Positions 12,521-26,200 of a stretch of 64,000 nt of DNA are shown here, piece by piece. Every line of letters starts with the position of its first letter. Position 1 is the stretch's first letter. A model generated the notes under the pieces. The model was not told the DNA's origin. It saw nothing but the letters and a program-made list of their open reading frames with translations, and did no database searches. The stretch is taken from assembly GCA_051313645.2 (NCBI GenBank), contig JBNRSN020000003.1:497674001-497738000 (forward strand), read 5' to 3'. This DNA comes from Centroscyllium fabricii (taxonomy: Eukaryota). A program made the translations under genes and the position numbers.

Positions 12521-14439
12521 GCAGTTGTTGTGGTTATTTAGGAAATTACACCAGCAAGTTTATACCAATATGGCTACCGTTTTTCGTTAGCAGTGAAGCA
12601 AAACAGCGCAGTAAACGTCGGTTACTGTGGACTTTCGTTTAAATGGAACCGGTGTTCAGGCCTAGATTCATGTCCCACACTCTATAATGACAGATGGCTG
12701 TTTTATAGACTGGAGTGACTAACTACTTCATTGAAATGATTCTTCACCGGCGCTGTAGCGGGAATAACAAATAAAAAAATTATGTTAACCAAAAGCCATG
12801 GTCACTTTAATTTCCGTGTACTTGACATGTATTAGGTTTCTTTGTGACGAATTCTGATTCCGTGCCTTGTCGGCGCTGATTTTGGAGGTAAACTCCTCGT
12901 AACGCTGTACAATGCAGTCAACGCCCAAGGCGTTGGGTGTGATGGTTATAATCTGCCCACTGTTAAACAATAGGCCTTCCCTCTTGGCGATATACTGCAT
13001 GTTATTTGGCTGGCGGAGGTCACTTTGCGCGGTCTTTACCCAATGAGGGAAGTGGATAAACGGAACCTTCCTTCAGCAGACAGGTTATTCATATTGGGAG
13101 TCTTCTAACCTTACTTTGATGACAACGTAATGCATTTTAAAAGCTGCTTTGGTGACCATATATATATGATCTGCAGAGTTTTGTAAAGCGTGTGAAATAT
13201 TAACTGATTCGGTATGACGGATACAAATTTGGGTCTCGGATTTTAAAACAAATAATGTCCACACCAACAGAAAATGTTGGGAAAACATCCGTGAAGAGAG
13301 AAATATAGAGTCGACGTTTCGAGTTAGGACAATGTTCACACCAGTTCAGCAAGCTAGTCACTGAGCAAAATATTTCAGAAAGAGATTTTAAAAATTTGGA
13401 AAAGAATTTAAGAATATAATTGGTCGGTTAGTCTAAAAGAAAAGCACTTGGGGCGGTGTGAAGGTACAAAAAGCAGTCGCATCGTATTGGTTGATAACAG
13501 ACGGTCCCTTCTCCTCGCAGCTTTCCTGCACAAGACCGGTACTCAGGGTTTCTGTGGGTCTGCTGCCAGGTTCCTGTTCAGGGACATGACTCTTCTCATT
13601 TTTCTCGCGTGACTGCCTCACGTTCAGTGGCAATCCTGATTCCGCGTCATTTTCGTGCATGCACTCCCTGTTACAGGGTGCGAACAACGTGTGATGGCCA
13701 ATGAAGCTTTCAAATTATCATTGGCAAACACAATAGGGTTGTGCTGCGTTGTTCTTAGGCAACATTAGCCTGACGAGTCTCTGTAATGTGACTTAATAAT
13801 TATTGCTCATTCCCTTCTTTTGTTTAGTTACATGTTTATTTTCAATTAAATGTAGATTAAATTTCCAGCAGCAATGCAGATTGCTGTATCTGCAACCAAT
13901 TACCCTACTTGGCACTTTTATTTTGACAGAAACTGCTGTTACAGGATTAGACCATTTAACAAAAACACCTAGCTATTTTATTGTTTACTCTCGAATATAT
14001 AGCTTATGAAAGCAATTGTAAAAAGTAGTTTCTCATTTAGCAAAAGCGCTGCTCGTTGGTTTTATTCAGCTTTCAAAATGTGCCCCTTACAAAGGTTCCC
14101 CATTAATAAAAAATTATAAAAAGCAAATAGTCTCGCATTTGCGTTTATGTTTCAGGTGCAATCTATCAGTTGTGATGTATTAACAAATTAAAAAGTATGT
14201 GACGTAAAATACGGTCTTCAATAGTCTGAACAGACACATCAGATTCAGATGAAGGTCTCCAAAGCTGAATCTTGTTGTGCCAAGATGCCAACTTGTGATA
14301 AAATACATGTATGTTGAGAAACGTGTACTATTTGGCATGTGTTACTTATTAATGTACTACAGACTGGTATCCTAGCCACTTACTGACTCTGTTGCAGTGC
14401 CATGAATGTTGTGATTTTGCAAAAGCAAAACCTATTTCA

Positions 14440-14960
14440 CTAATTCATGTAAATCTTCGAAAACGTACGTGCTACATTGTTACCTTTGAGGGTGGTGGGG
14501 CCTTTGTGTTATCTGTTCAGTTCGTCTTTGATTTGACAGGCTTCTGTGCTGTGAAATTAAAACGTGTGTGTTTGCCTTTGTTTTGTTCAATGTTCTGTGA
14601 CAAAATGCTCCTCTGCCAAACTCCTTCACACATTACAAGCCTTTGGGGATATCAAGGGCAACTATAGAAGGGCTACCTGGAGAAAGGTTGCCACGGCAAC
14701 CCTTTTAGCCCACAACTAGATTAGCATATTCATGAGGCTGTAATTTAAACCAGAATTGTCCACACTTGCATAGTGGCCAGGATTTACTATGCAAATAGAC
14801 TGGTTTTACAGGCTGCTGCTTAATTAACTCGTCAAGGCCATCTTCTCACTAAAAGGCAATCTAACTACAGATTAATCGGCCTTTGTTTGCTGCCGTTCCT
14901 TCCTTTTGTGGTAAACATCAGGATTTGTAAAGAGAAGCAAGAGTCATTGCTCTGCACTTA
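14440..14960. promoter_or_regulatory. Candidate distal enhancer of lhx5
   Basis: Near-consensus RFX X-box GTTGCCACGGCAAC (14687-14700), octamer ATGCAAAT (14789-14796), ATTAGCAT and TTAATTAA in unique sequence ~13 kb upstream of the gene. Confidence 0.4.
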
Positions 14961-16305
14961 TTCAATGTTATTTTCAGCTAAGCCTTTCCTTACAACTAGC
15001 TACATGACCTGAAAGATTTTTTTTCCTTAACGCAACATTGTCATCCGGCCATGAACTTCCAGTGTAACTACATTTCCTCAGTCGCTGCGTGATTTTCAAC
15101 ATATTTGGTGAATCAGTTATCATCAAGCTTCTTATAATCCACCAGCGATCATTTTACCTTCATTGAAGAGTGTTGTAACCTGTGCCTTCATGTAAAGTCG
15201 GCTATTTTGTCTGGGGTTTGTTCGCAACACTGTTTAAAATGCATGTGTTTTCTCTTGCGTTTATTATCTTACCTTTTATATATCCACAGCATTGTATTCA
15301 TTGTTTATCAATATTTATTAAGATATTTATTATTTGCATAACTTGTTCTTGCTTTCAAATGGTATTACGTCTTTAGACAAAAGAATTTAAAAAAGGCTAA
15401 AGTGTAATGAAGTAAAAGAAGGTGCAAAAGTGTTCAGATTCTCTGTACTGTGGTGATCTTTCTGGTAACCTTATTACGGCGTCTGAATGATTGTTCTTAT
15501 CGTAGGAACTGTTGTGTCCCAACTATCATTAGGTTTCTGATACAGAAAGGCTCAAAGCTGAGTCAGCTGGCTCTGTGACATGGGATTCCCTCCCTGATGG
15601 CAGCCAGTTGAGGATTTGGCTTTGCAAAGATATTATTGAGCGGCGTTGGAATAATGAAATAGTTGATTTTTACATTTTCAGATAATGATTTGGAATATTA
15701 ATGTTCGTTAAAAAAACATTTTTTTATGTAACAAGTGATATATGTGTCTCGAAGTCTACCCCCCCCCCCCCCCCCCCCCCAATATGGGCTAAAAAAAGAC
15801 AATAATGTATCGAATTCGTTAATGTGCTGGAAGTAATTGCTTGATTCTGCACTTGTCAAAATATGGGCTCGCAGTGGAATTTGTGTTGAAACATTTAAGC
15901 CTCATTAACGGTATCATTTGGATAATATTCTGATGCCGGGGCAGCGCAACCTGTGAGAAAGGAGATGAGGCGGTGGCCAGCGAGTGTCTTTAGCCCCTTT
16001 GGCATATGGTGAGAGGGACAGAGAGGGAGAGAGCAGCCCCGCCGCTCTGCCCTGGGCCCGCCAGCAGCAGCGCCGAGCTGGCGGGGAGCAAATGAGCCGC
16101 GCGACCCCCCGCCCCGCCCCCCGCAGCCGGCGCACCAATCAGGTGGCCCCCTCGGCTACCGCGCGCTCCCCTCACCTGCCCAGCTCTCCCGCCAGCGCCG
16201 CTCGAGCCCAGCGTCCAGCTGGCGCCAGGCTTTCCCCTGCGTGTGCGCGCCTGCGCGCTCCCTCCTCCCCCCACCTGGCGGACCCCTCACCTCAAACCCA
16301 GCGAT

Positions 16306-16540
16306 AAAAAAGCTGCTCGCCGCCCTTAAAGGCACAGTGTCCCGGCCAGCAAACAAAAAGCTGCTCGCCGCCCTTAAAGGCACAGTGTCCCGGCCAGCAA
16401 ACAAAAAGCTGCTCGCCGCCCTTAAAGGCACAGTGTCCCGGCCAGCAAACAAAAAGCTGCTCGCCGCCCTTAAAGGCACAGTGTCCCGGCCAGCAAAAGA
16501 AACCTGCTCGCCGCCCTTAAAGGCACAGTGTCCCGGCCAT
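16306..16540. repeat. 48-bp tandem repeat, ~5 copies
   Basis: AAAAAGCTGCTCGCCGCCCTTAAAGGCACAGTGTCCCGGCCAGCAAAC repeated nearly perfectly. Confidence 0.95.
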
Positions 16541-16898
16541 TGGCGAGCAACAATTGCCCATTGATCAGCCAACGTGGACTCTCAAGCCCAGGAAATTGCC
16601 TTTCATGTTTCACACGTGACAATATCCAGCCAAATACTAAAATATTACAGCAAAATACTGCGGATGCTGGAAATCTGAAATAACAAATATTACTCTGGTC
16701 ACTACAACAAAGGAAAAGTCTTGTTCCTTTACATAAAATGCAAAATAGAACAATTGGCAATTGAATTTAACTCCAGCAATATACTTGAACTGTATACTGA
16801 GAACATGTACGCATAGTTTTACTTATGTACTTTTTCTAAATGTAATCAGGAAAAGTGTAATTCTCAGTACTCTTAAAGAGTCGGTGTTCTTTCTGTTC

Positions 16899-17124
16899 AT
16901 GATGTGGAGGTGCCGGTGTTGGACTGGGGTGGACAAATGCAAGAAGTCACACAACACCAGGTTATAGTCCAACAGTTTTATTTTAAATCACAAGCTTTCG
17001 GAGCATCTGCCCCTTCGTCAGGTGAAAGCTTCTCTTTCACCTGACGAAGGGGCAGAAGCTCCGAAAGCTTGTGATTTAAAATAAAACTGTTGGACTATAA
17101 CCTGGTGTTGTGTGACTTCTAACA
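16899..17124. mobile_element. Penelope-like family A palindromic mini-insertion
   Basis: Terminus ATGATGTGGAGGTGCCGGTGTTGGACTGGGGTGG. Inverted arms around ~17030. TSD TTCTTTCTGTTC at 16887-16898 and 17125-17136. Confidence 0.85.
17037..17074 (+). ncRNA. Minimal type I hammerhead ribozyme motif
   Basis: Stem I TCAC/GTGA; core CTGACGA; extra A; stem II GGGGC-AGAA-GCTCC; GAAA; palindromic AGCT stem III; predicted CUU cleavage after 17070. A mirror copy lies on the minus strand at ~16990-17025. Confidence 0.75.
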
Positions 17125-18600
17125 TTCTTTCTGTTCGTTTGCACTCAGCATTAAACGGTTAACTCATAATCCCTGTAACCCACTTGATGTCATCAGATCA
17201 GGAACTACGGGAAATAGGAACTTTTCATTTGGTGCTCCGAATCTTTATTTCAAGGGATGATGCAATCCACTCTGTAATGGTATAATGTCAAAAGTGGTTT
17301 CGGTTTGCATTGAAACGTTATCAGGTTCCTTTGCATAAAAAACATTGAGCAAACCGAAAATGGATTTAAAGACTCCATTATAAATAAATCAATACAGGTG
17401 TGCAAAATCTCTCTGTTTGGATCAGCTTTTCTGTAATTACTTCAGCCATCTACCCTAATTAGCAGAGTTACTGAAAATGAAACACTAGTGGGAGAAGGGA
17501 CTCGTCAGATGGCAGCTTTAACACAGTTTGTTAAGAACCAAAGTAACTAAATAGCAAACTTGACAAATGTAACGAATGTGACACCTGGATATTACAGATG
17601 AGTATTTTTTTTATAACGTTTGAAGTTTAAGTAAAACTGATCAGAAGACAGGAAATGTGGCATCACATCTCCATGTTTACAAAGTAAGAACTACTAATCA
17701 TTGCCAATAATAAATGCCAAGGATTTTGCTAAGCCAGGACATGTTTGGATCTGGTAAAATCCTTGATACCTGCATGTCTTGAAGTTCGTTGTTGCTAATA
17801 GATCACTAGGCTTCTTCAAAATCAAAGATTGTCTTTTTAGGTAAATAAAATACGTACGATTTAAAACGAAAGTTGGCAGTTAGCCCAGAGAACAACCAAA
17901 ATTCGAAATATGTGAGTAAACTGGGACTGTCAAAGCCAAACCACCACATTAATATTGTGCTGGTATTGGGTTTTTTTTCTGACAACAGATTGTGAATGGC
18001 TAAAATAAGCGGTAGTTGACGTAATCAGGTGATACACGAGTTCATGTCCAGATGGTCGGTTTTGATTCGCTAATAATAAAACATGCAAAAAGTGTTGATA
18101 TTTAACTTGGACCACAGGATGCAAAGGGAGCGTGAGGGTCACTTCTCGCAGCAAAGGCTAATGTTTCGCAGATATGCATCCGCAGCATTAACGAGTCCCC
18201 AAATCCTGGTTCAGCCCCGAAATACAATTTTTTGTTCTTTTAATGATATCGTACAGTATGACATATTATGATGCCAAGTTTAAGCTTCCTGCTGGGCCTA
18301 CAGTATTTTAACCATTTAAAAATACATTTAGAAACAAGATACCGAGTCATGGAACTCTTCAGTTTTCACAAGCCAAGTTTTGGATTGTCTCAGGGAAAAC
18401 TGAACAGTTAAATTCTAGAACCTTAGATCTACTCTCACAGGATGTTAGTGCAAATACTTTATAAAGTAATAGTTAGATTTTTAAAGAAATAGATTAATAA
18501 GAAATGTAGTCATTATAGAAACTATGCCGTTTAATTTGTTTGGAACATATTGCAAGTTAACTCTATTCCCATGTTCGTTACTTTCTCCCTTCTTTTACTT

Positions 18601-19437
18601 ACATAGAAACATAGAAACATAGAAGATAGGAGCAGGAGTAGGCCATTCGAGCCTGTTCCACCATTCAATGAGATTATGGCTGATCATCCAAACTCAGTAC
18701 CCTGTCCCTGCCTTCTCCCCATATCCCTTGGTCCCTTTAGCCTTAAGGAATATATCTAACTAGTTACATAGAAACATAGAAACATAGAAACTAGGAGCAG
18801 GAGTAGGCCATTCGGCCCTTCGAGCCTGCTCCGCCATTCAATGAGATCATGGCTGATCATCCAAACCCAGCACCCCTGCCCCTGCCCTCTCCCCATATCC
18901 CTCGATCTCTATCGAGCCTGCACTGACACATATCCCACCCCATCCCCGTAACCCCACATATTCAATCCCCCTAACACTAAGGGTCAATTTATCATGGCCA
19001 ATCAACCTAACCCGCACATCTTTGGACTGTGGGAGGAAACCCGAGCACCCGGAGTTAGTTGCATATCACCACTCACCCCTTCCCCAATCAGAAGATGGGG
19101 AATGCATCTATCTGTGTGGCGTTTGCACATTCTTCCCGTGTCTGCGTGGGTTTCCTCCGGGTGCTCCGGTTTCCTCCCACAGTCCAAAGATGTGCGGGTT
19201 AGGTTGATTGGCCAGGATCAATCGACCCTTAGTGTTAGCGGGATTGAATATGTGGGGTTACGGGGATAGGGTGGGATATGTGTCAATGCAGGCTCGAGAG
19301 GGATCGAGGGATATGGGGACAAGGCAGGGACAGGGTGCTGGGTTTGGATGATCAGCCATGATCTCATTGAATGGTGGAGCAGGCTCGAAGGGCCGAATGG
19401 CCTACTCCTGCTCCTATCCTCTATGTTTCTATGTTTC
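18601..19437. mobile_element. SINE cluster: CR1/SINE tail (-, 18601-18760), SINE (-, 18767-19053) and SINE (+, ~19110-19437)
   Basis: Same family as 4485-4737. The two longer copies are head-to-head reverse complements carrying the GGGTTTCCTCCGGGTGCTCCGGTTTCCTCCCACAGTCCAAAGA mermaid-like core. Confidence 0.8.
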
Positions 19438-20071
19438 CCAGGGCTGTGCCAATGTTGCTCTTGACCCAGTCATAAGAAAGTGCAGGGGGTTGGCACAGGT
19501 TGGCCCACTCTCCAATGTTCTATTCACCGACAGAATGCACCTCAGAGGAATCGGGGTGACTCCCCGCCCCCGCCGCCTCCTCCCCTCAGAGACAGAAAAG
19601 CACGACGTGGGAAATGACTGGCTCAAGCCTATATCACCTGGCCACCGTACCAATTCACTTCTTTAACATTACAATTAAAGGAAATACCTTGGCGTTTCAA
19701 AAGTCGGGAAATAATCAACATGGCGTCTCCTCCAATTGAGTTAGCTTCAACTTGCAGTTTCATTAAAAAAAATCTAATTTATGATTCGATGATGTTTTAA
19801 CAGGAACCGGCAATTCGTTATGTTAGTCCAATAGTTAACTTGTTGATAATGCACTTGATTGAGCCTGTTATGTATTGCCGCCTCTCAGAGTCTTGCTTCT
19901 AGGACCAAGAAGGATTCTTTAACTAACAAATGGGAAATGCAAAAGTGAGGGATAGTTACAGTTATTCAAGCAGTGGATACCAGAGCATGTGATCACGGTG
20001 AGAATTGTTTACTTTTATATTTGTTAGAGCTTTTGTTGAAAGAAATCACAGGCGAAAGACACAAAAAGCCA

Positions 20072-20260
20072 ATTCCTGAGGATGCTGTATATCTGAAATA
20101 AACACAGAAAATGCTGGAAGCACACAACAGATCAGGCAGCATCTGTGGAGAGAGTTAACGTCAGAACTGAAAGTCAGCCACTGGAAACGATAACCTTACC
20201 TTTCTCTCTCCACAGAGGCTGCTTGGCTTGCTGAGTGTTTCCAGCAGTTTCTGTTTTTCT
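20072..20260. mobile_element. Old degenerate Penelope-like family B palindromic copy
   Basis: ACAGAAAATGCTGGAA...CAGGCAGCATCTGTGGAGAGAG and its diverged reverse complement. A short family B terminus fragment also lies at 16648-16685. Confidence 0.65.
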
Positions 20261-23200
20261 TGCATAAACAAATGATGTTATTGAGTAGGATTCTAAACCC
20301 TAAAAACTATTTTTTTCCTAAATCTTCTTCAAGCGCACAATTAAGACGGAAAATGTGAAAGGTCTTTGTCGAAAGATGAAGGACAAAACTTACTGAAAAT
20401 TGCATCTATCAATTCTAAAAACATTCCAATATCAAAGAGATTTTGTACAATCAAATACGTCAGCTATGACATAAAATGCTCAATATGTATAAGAACAGAT
20501 AGGGAATTTTAGATAGAAAAGATAACCGCATACTATTCCAACTTGGAATTGTGACATGTTTGCCAACACTAATTTAGATGCGACAGTAATTATTTTTCTA
20601 CTATCACCGCCTCTTCTGAGTCACAGCGCAAGTTAGCTCAACGGGCTTACTTACTTCCTAACTTTTACACATTTGAATAAATCTGAGCGTAGTGCGCAAC
20701 TGTCCATGCCGTGTTACTCGAATCACATTCAAGGACTGTGAAATCCAAAATCTTATCATTGATGGGTAAAAAAAAAATCTTTAGAACTCACTTTGTCACT
20801 CTTGAGTTCTGAGATCTTCACTCCAGAAATATACTCAATATTCAACTGTTACTCGTCCTGATGCCTCTATACACTACCTTCTGCTTATAAGGGCACAATG
20901 CCGTTTCCGTTGGTCTTTTATGGTGTCTGGAATGAAGCAATTGGCAAGTAATTATTGATCAGACAATAATGTACTTGTTCTCTCAACGATTTGCGAAATA
21001 GACCCATTTTCTGATAGGCTGCTTTATACACTTCAATGATTTCTACCTTAAGACTTAAATCATTACTATAAGCCCCACTATAATAAATAGTTAATACTAA
21101 CCAACCACATATTGATACAAACTAACTAAACACATTTTTATACAAAACTTTCTATGGCCTGGTACACTTTGGGATGTTCTCACTGCAGTCTCTATTTAAA
21201 TTGAATCGTTCATTTTTAGAAATATGCTATTACGGGTATTACATTGTAAATCCCCTGTGTGGGGGTGTGGGGGTGTGGGGGTGGGGGCGAGGGGAGGGGA
21301 GGGGGGCTCCCAGTGACGCCAGGTAACTGCGCCAATTATCTCTTGTCCAGAGCTTTCAAAAAGTTCCAGTTCTCCGACAAATAACGAAATCTGAAGGCCA
21401 AGAGAGAGCCTACAACTTCATATGGAATATCCGTGTTTGTTGAGAGGCAATGTTACATTTTGTCTTGAATGACAATTCTGTGCTAAGTAAAACAAAGCCA
21501 TTCGGTTCACTGTTGCAGTAATAACAATTCACCTCATGTAGACCCCCAAGGAGCAGCATCTCTACTTTAGGCTCTTAAAAGTGCATTTACATAACAAGTG
21601 ACTTATTAAATCTTCAGAAACATTCTCGTGGGAGTTCCTTCCATATACTACAGTTAATGTTTAGTGTTCCCGAAACTAAAGAAGACATTTTGAATGATAG
21701 TGTTGTGTCGAGCTTAACAAATAATCTTCACATACCAGTTTAGGACGAACCGACCTAGAGGTCTTTTTATTTGAATGATTGATATAGGCGTACAAGGAAG
21801 CGCTTTCTCTTTAAGAATGAAATCTCGATATATTTTAGATGTAAGCATATAGAATTTTCTACAGGAATAATTATGCAAAAATCCTAGTACGTCTGCAGTA
21901 TTCAAATCGCCATCGCGTGTCCTTTGTTCCTGCATAATAAAAGTTAAAAAAAATGTTCCATGCATGTTAAAACAGATGGCATTTATATATCTCACCCTTA
22001 TTCAACGGAAGATAATGACCTTTTCTTCTTTGAGAAACATTTGAAAGCTACAGTTCAATTGGCTGAAAACAAACGGAGTGTTTCCTTTCCAACCGGTTCG
22101 TTGCCTCGCATTGGGTTGATCTATAATCTTGGAAATGTTTGCTACTATACCCGTGTTTGCCTTTTTCACATTTCATAACACTTTCACCTCAATTCGAGAA
22201 CAGGGATGAGGAAACATCAAGAAATGGCAAGCAGGATAAAGATAGGTTTTCAAGCCATCGCAGTTACTACCTTTACGTTTCTTTAAAAAAAAATTCAATG
22301 TAAAACTTATTTCCAACTTCTTCTAAAATATATGTAATTAATCGTAGCCCCGAATACTATACTGTGCAAATATAGTACAACCATAACATTTTCTTAATTT
22401 TAATCAAATCTAAAAAATATTTCCGCCCCAATAATATATTATAATTTCCCAACAATTTCATTTTTGTCCTTATTTTTAAAATGTAGCATTTGTGTAACCT
22501 AATATATTATTTTGCTCTGTCATGTCATAGGTTGTACGATTAGCCATCATTGTGCTTTCCCGACGTACGATGGCTAGTCAGTATTTTCTTTGGCTTTTCA
22601 CCTACTTAATAATTACACCAAATAACCAAGATGATGGTAAAACGCGAAGGCTGGTGTTGACTATGTAAAGAAAGGTCGTCTGGATCAAATTCAAAGTCAT
22701 TTGAGTTTAGGTCACTGGCATAAAATCAGCAGGTATTTGCATTTCTTGACAGACTGTAGAATCTTCTGTCGTCCATCCCCAAGTCCTTGTAAACTTTAGG
22801 ACGAAGATACTGTATGAAAGAAAATCAATTATCAAAGCACATTTGCAGATAAGGTAAGGATACCGGTTCTTTAAAGGCGGGGCATGTGTAAAAGCACTAA
22901 ACCTATACAAACAGTGCTCTTTTTAAATACAGTTCGAGACTACACTCTGGCAGTAAATCAGAGGGGCGCTGCATTTGAGGTGTCAAAACTTCTGATAAAA
23001 CACCAAACATGTATCAAGTGCGCAGCACCCGTGAGTGTTCTGACGCTGAATCTATTCGACCAAAAGAATTACAATTACTTTCGCGAAATGTTGCTGTATC
23101 AGCTGTCCACACACCATTGTTTGGAAATACTGGGTTGCAAAAACTAAAATAAAAATGCCTTGCTGTTAAGAAGCTACTGGGAAAGGCTTTCAAAATGGCA

Positions 23201-26200
23201 TCTGAATTGATACAAAAGGAGATTTTTTCTCTTGTAATCCCTGGAAGCAAATTCTTCTGATACCATCTGAGTCTGTGCTGCTTGCCCGAGGCGAGCCGCT
23301 CCTGCACTTGACTTGGAGCGCTCTAAGCTCTGAGCGGGTGCCAGCCAGTTTAGTGGTGCGCCTCAACGTTTTCCAACACCTTCTAAACAATAGTAAACGG
23401 GGCAGTAACGCTGCATCACCTTCATTTACAACAAATCCAAAATACCAGGTAAACACAAATTTAGCAGTCTCTACTATCACTGAAAGCACGCCTGAGCTAT
23501 ATTATGCTATTTAAAGATTTGTGTACGTGTTATTTTATATTTTACTCTGCATATTTTTCATAAATAAAACGAGCAAATCATGTTTCTGAAATACTTGATC
23601 TGTTTATGACCTTATTTAGTTTCAAGTATTTCCTTTTTTTCTAAAAAAAAACAATGTTACTTAAAATCTGCGCATATTACCTTCCGTTGTTTTCCAGTCA
23701 CATCATTAGGGAATACTGGAAACCCCTTTTCAGTTCAGCTCCGCAATATGACTGCACACGCTCACAGTGCCTCTGTTTTTCTTTCTCATGCTTTCTTAAT
23801 GAGACAAGTAATTGATTGATTTTAATATACATGACTGATTGTTTCTCCCTTGTTTTGTGAGTGAAAAGATTTCTGGGTAAACTGACGTTCCTACCGCAAA
23901 GTGGGACGAGCTAATTATATCTGACCACATAAAAATAAATGTTATATGTTTTAAAGGAGTCAGAGATCTCCCAGAAGAATTGATCTGTTTACTATAAAAT
24001 TACTTAAGGGAATTGCATTTTTGAAGAGGTTCTAGCAGTACGATAACAAACGTACTGATCTTGGTATATAAAAATTACCAAAGTAAAGTGATAAATTCTC
24101 AAACGATGAAACTTACGTTCAATGCAGAGGTAGTGTTTTCCCCCCTCGGTGTGGGATTCAAATGTTGATTGTCCTCAGTTCTTGCTTGAAGCAGTCGTGC
24201 CAGAATACTATATGCAATTTCTCACGCTTCGCTGATATCAAAGCAGTGGTAATGAATGCTGAGAACTATTTAAATTTATCATTTGTAAAGCAGTCACTTA
24301 TAAAAGCCTAGGCGATTTACAAGGGCCATGCTGGGTTTGTTTAACTTTAAAATTGCACACACAGAGCAAAATAACTGCTCCTAATCACTTTGCTAGTGCA
24401 GTTTTTTAAAAATTGATTTTAAAAAAAATAGAATTACGCTCTTACTAGCTATTTCGATTTTAAGAAAACAGTCCGCAATGTCTTTCCTTTTGTAACACAT
24501 GCCATCCCCAAATATTTTATCTGTGGAATGATCCCCAGTATTCTATAATCTGGAGACTATTATACAACGTGCATTGGGTGTATTGATTTATAATCATTTA
24601 CCCGCTGTATTGTAATGATAATTTCCAAATAACCCTTCAAAAATAGGGCTGATTGGCGTTTTACATCAATTACAAATCATGTTCCGGTCTCATTATTCAT
24701 AACATTTACCACATACGGATTCCGAAAAACATAAAGCTTTATGTCGGCGTTGTTGAAAGGTATGCAAGGGTACAGCAATGTGCACGGCCTAAAGATCTAA
24801 CTAAACATAAATTAAAATGTTCCATAAGGATAAAGAACTAAGGCATCACAGCATATTAAACCGTTCCTGGAGATGCAACGAGGTGTCCTTGAGTTGCTCA
24901 GCCACGCGTTTGTTTGTTATTAATAGGGACAGTGAGGCAACGGTTTCATTTTAATAATGTACACCTTTTATTTTGATCTTAGTTTACTTAGTTACAATTC
25001 GGGCATATTGAGTGTACTCCATATATTTGCCATTAATTCAGGATGGCGAGTAACCGGCGATGCTCTTTTAAGGCTGAAATAGGGCGCCAGATTATTTCGC
25101 AAATGTACAAATAGTTAATACCGGAATTTTGTTACACGACATCTTTGCTCTTTTATGCAAACGAAATAAAAAGTCTTTCACAAACAATATTGCCCGGGCC
25201 AGGAAAAGTTGGAACCCAGTTCACCTTCTCAAAAGATAATTTGGTAATGGTTTCACCGACCAAGGCTCAAAAAGATCTGAGTCTTTGCCTCACAAAATGC
25301 ACATATATGTAGCACTCTGATCTTGCAGCTAACCTAACCCTTTTCAGACTTTTGTTCTTTTCTGAAACGTCACAGAAACGTGACCTCGGGTTCATTACAC
25401 TGCAGATTTGAAACGACTTGGGGTTCCATGTCAAAATAATCACTTCCCTCTACACATGAATTAACATGAATGAAAACGGAACCGTTTGTTGAACGTTGGG
25501 AACGTAAGCATAAAATTGTCTTTGGCTATGTTATGTAGATGTTCCGCGGCTAGAATGCATTGTTGTTTTATTGTATCTGTTAAATAAATGCTCATTCCAG
25601 TTTCAAAATAACTCATCGGTTCTTCCCTGCATTCTCTGTCAGGAACTATAAGAAACGACGAGTACATTTTGAAACTATTGCGACGCCTTGTGCTTTCAAA
25701 ATAACACTTACTTTTATAAGGAGATGGCTATCTGTTGGGCATTGCCACCCAATCAAATACGCAAATACAAAGATAACCTGCCGCTATTTGCAAGTATAAC
25801 ATGTCTCAAAAATGTATTCCAAAGTTTAGTTTAAATTATAATATATATTTGGCACGATGTGATTTGCCCAGTGTGGGTTATTGTTTCCACTCGGCATTAC
25901 CATCTCTACATACAGTTGCCTAATCCACCATAAATCGATGGATTGTAATACACAACCTATGCATAATGAGAACTAACTCGTGCCATTTTGTACACTCGCG
26001 TGAATACTTTGTTTTGAATCGTAATTAAACAGCCTGATCCATGCTCGTTTGAACATGCACAGTGGCGATTATGGCATCGGGAAATGAGGTCCGCGTTCTC
26101 CGCCTTGGTAAATGTAAATTACATGTATTTGATCGGTAATCAGGTGTAACGGGCTGTTACCAAGATCAAGCCAGCCAGCCATTGGTGAGCACTCTGAATA

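Noticed and set aside
15914-16572. Overlapping ORFs with a repeated 16-aa peptide
   Set aside because: Explained by high GC content and a 48-bp (multiple of 3) tandem repeat. No coding evidence.
21257-21306. G-rich tract with G4 potential; also poly-C at 15759-15780 and (TG)n/(CT)n microsatellites
   Set aside because: Ordinary low-complexity sequence with no evidence of function.
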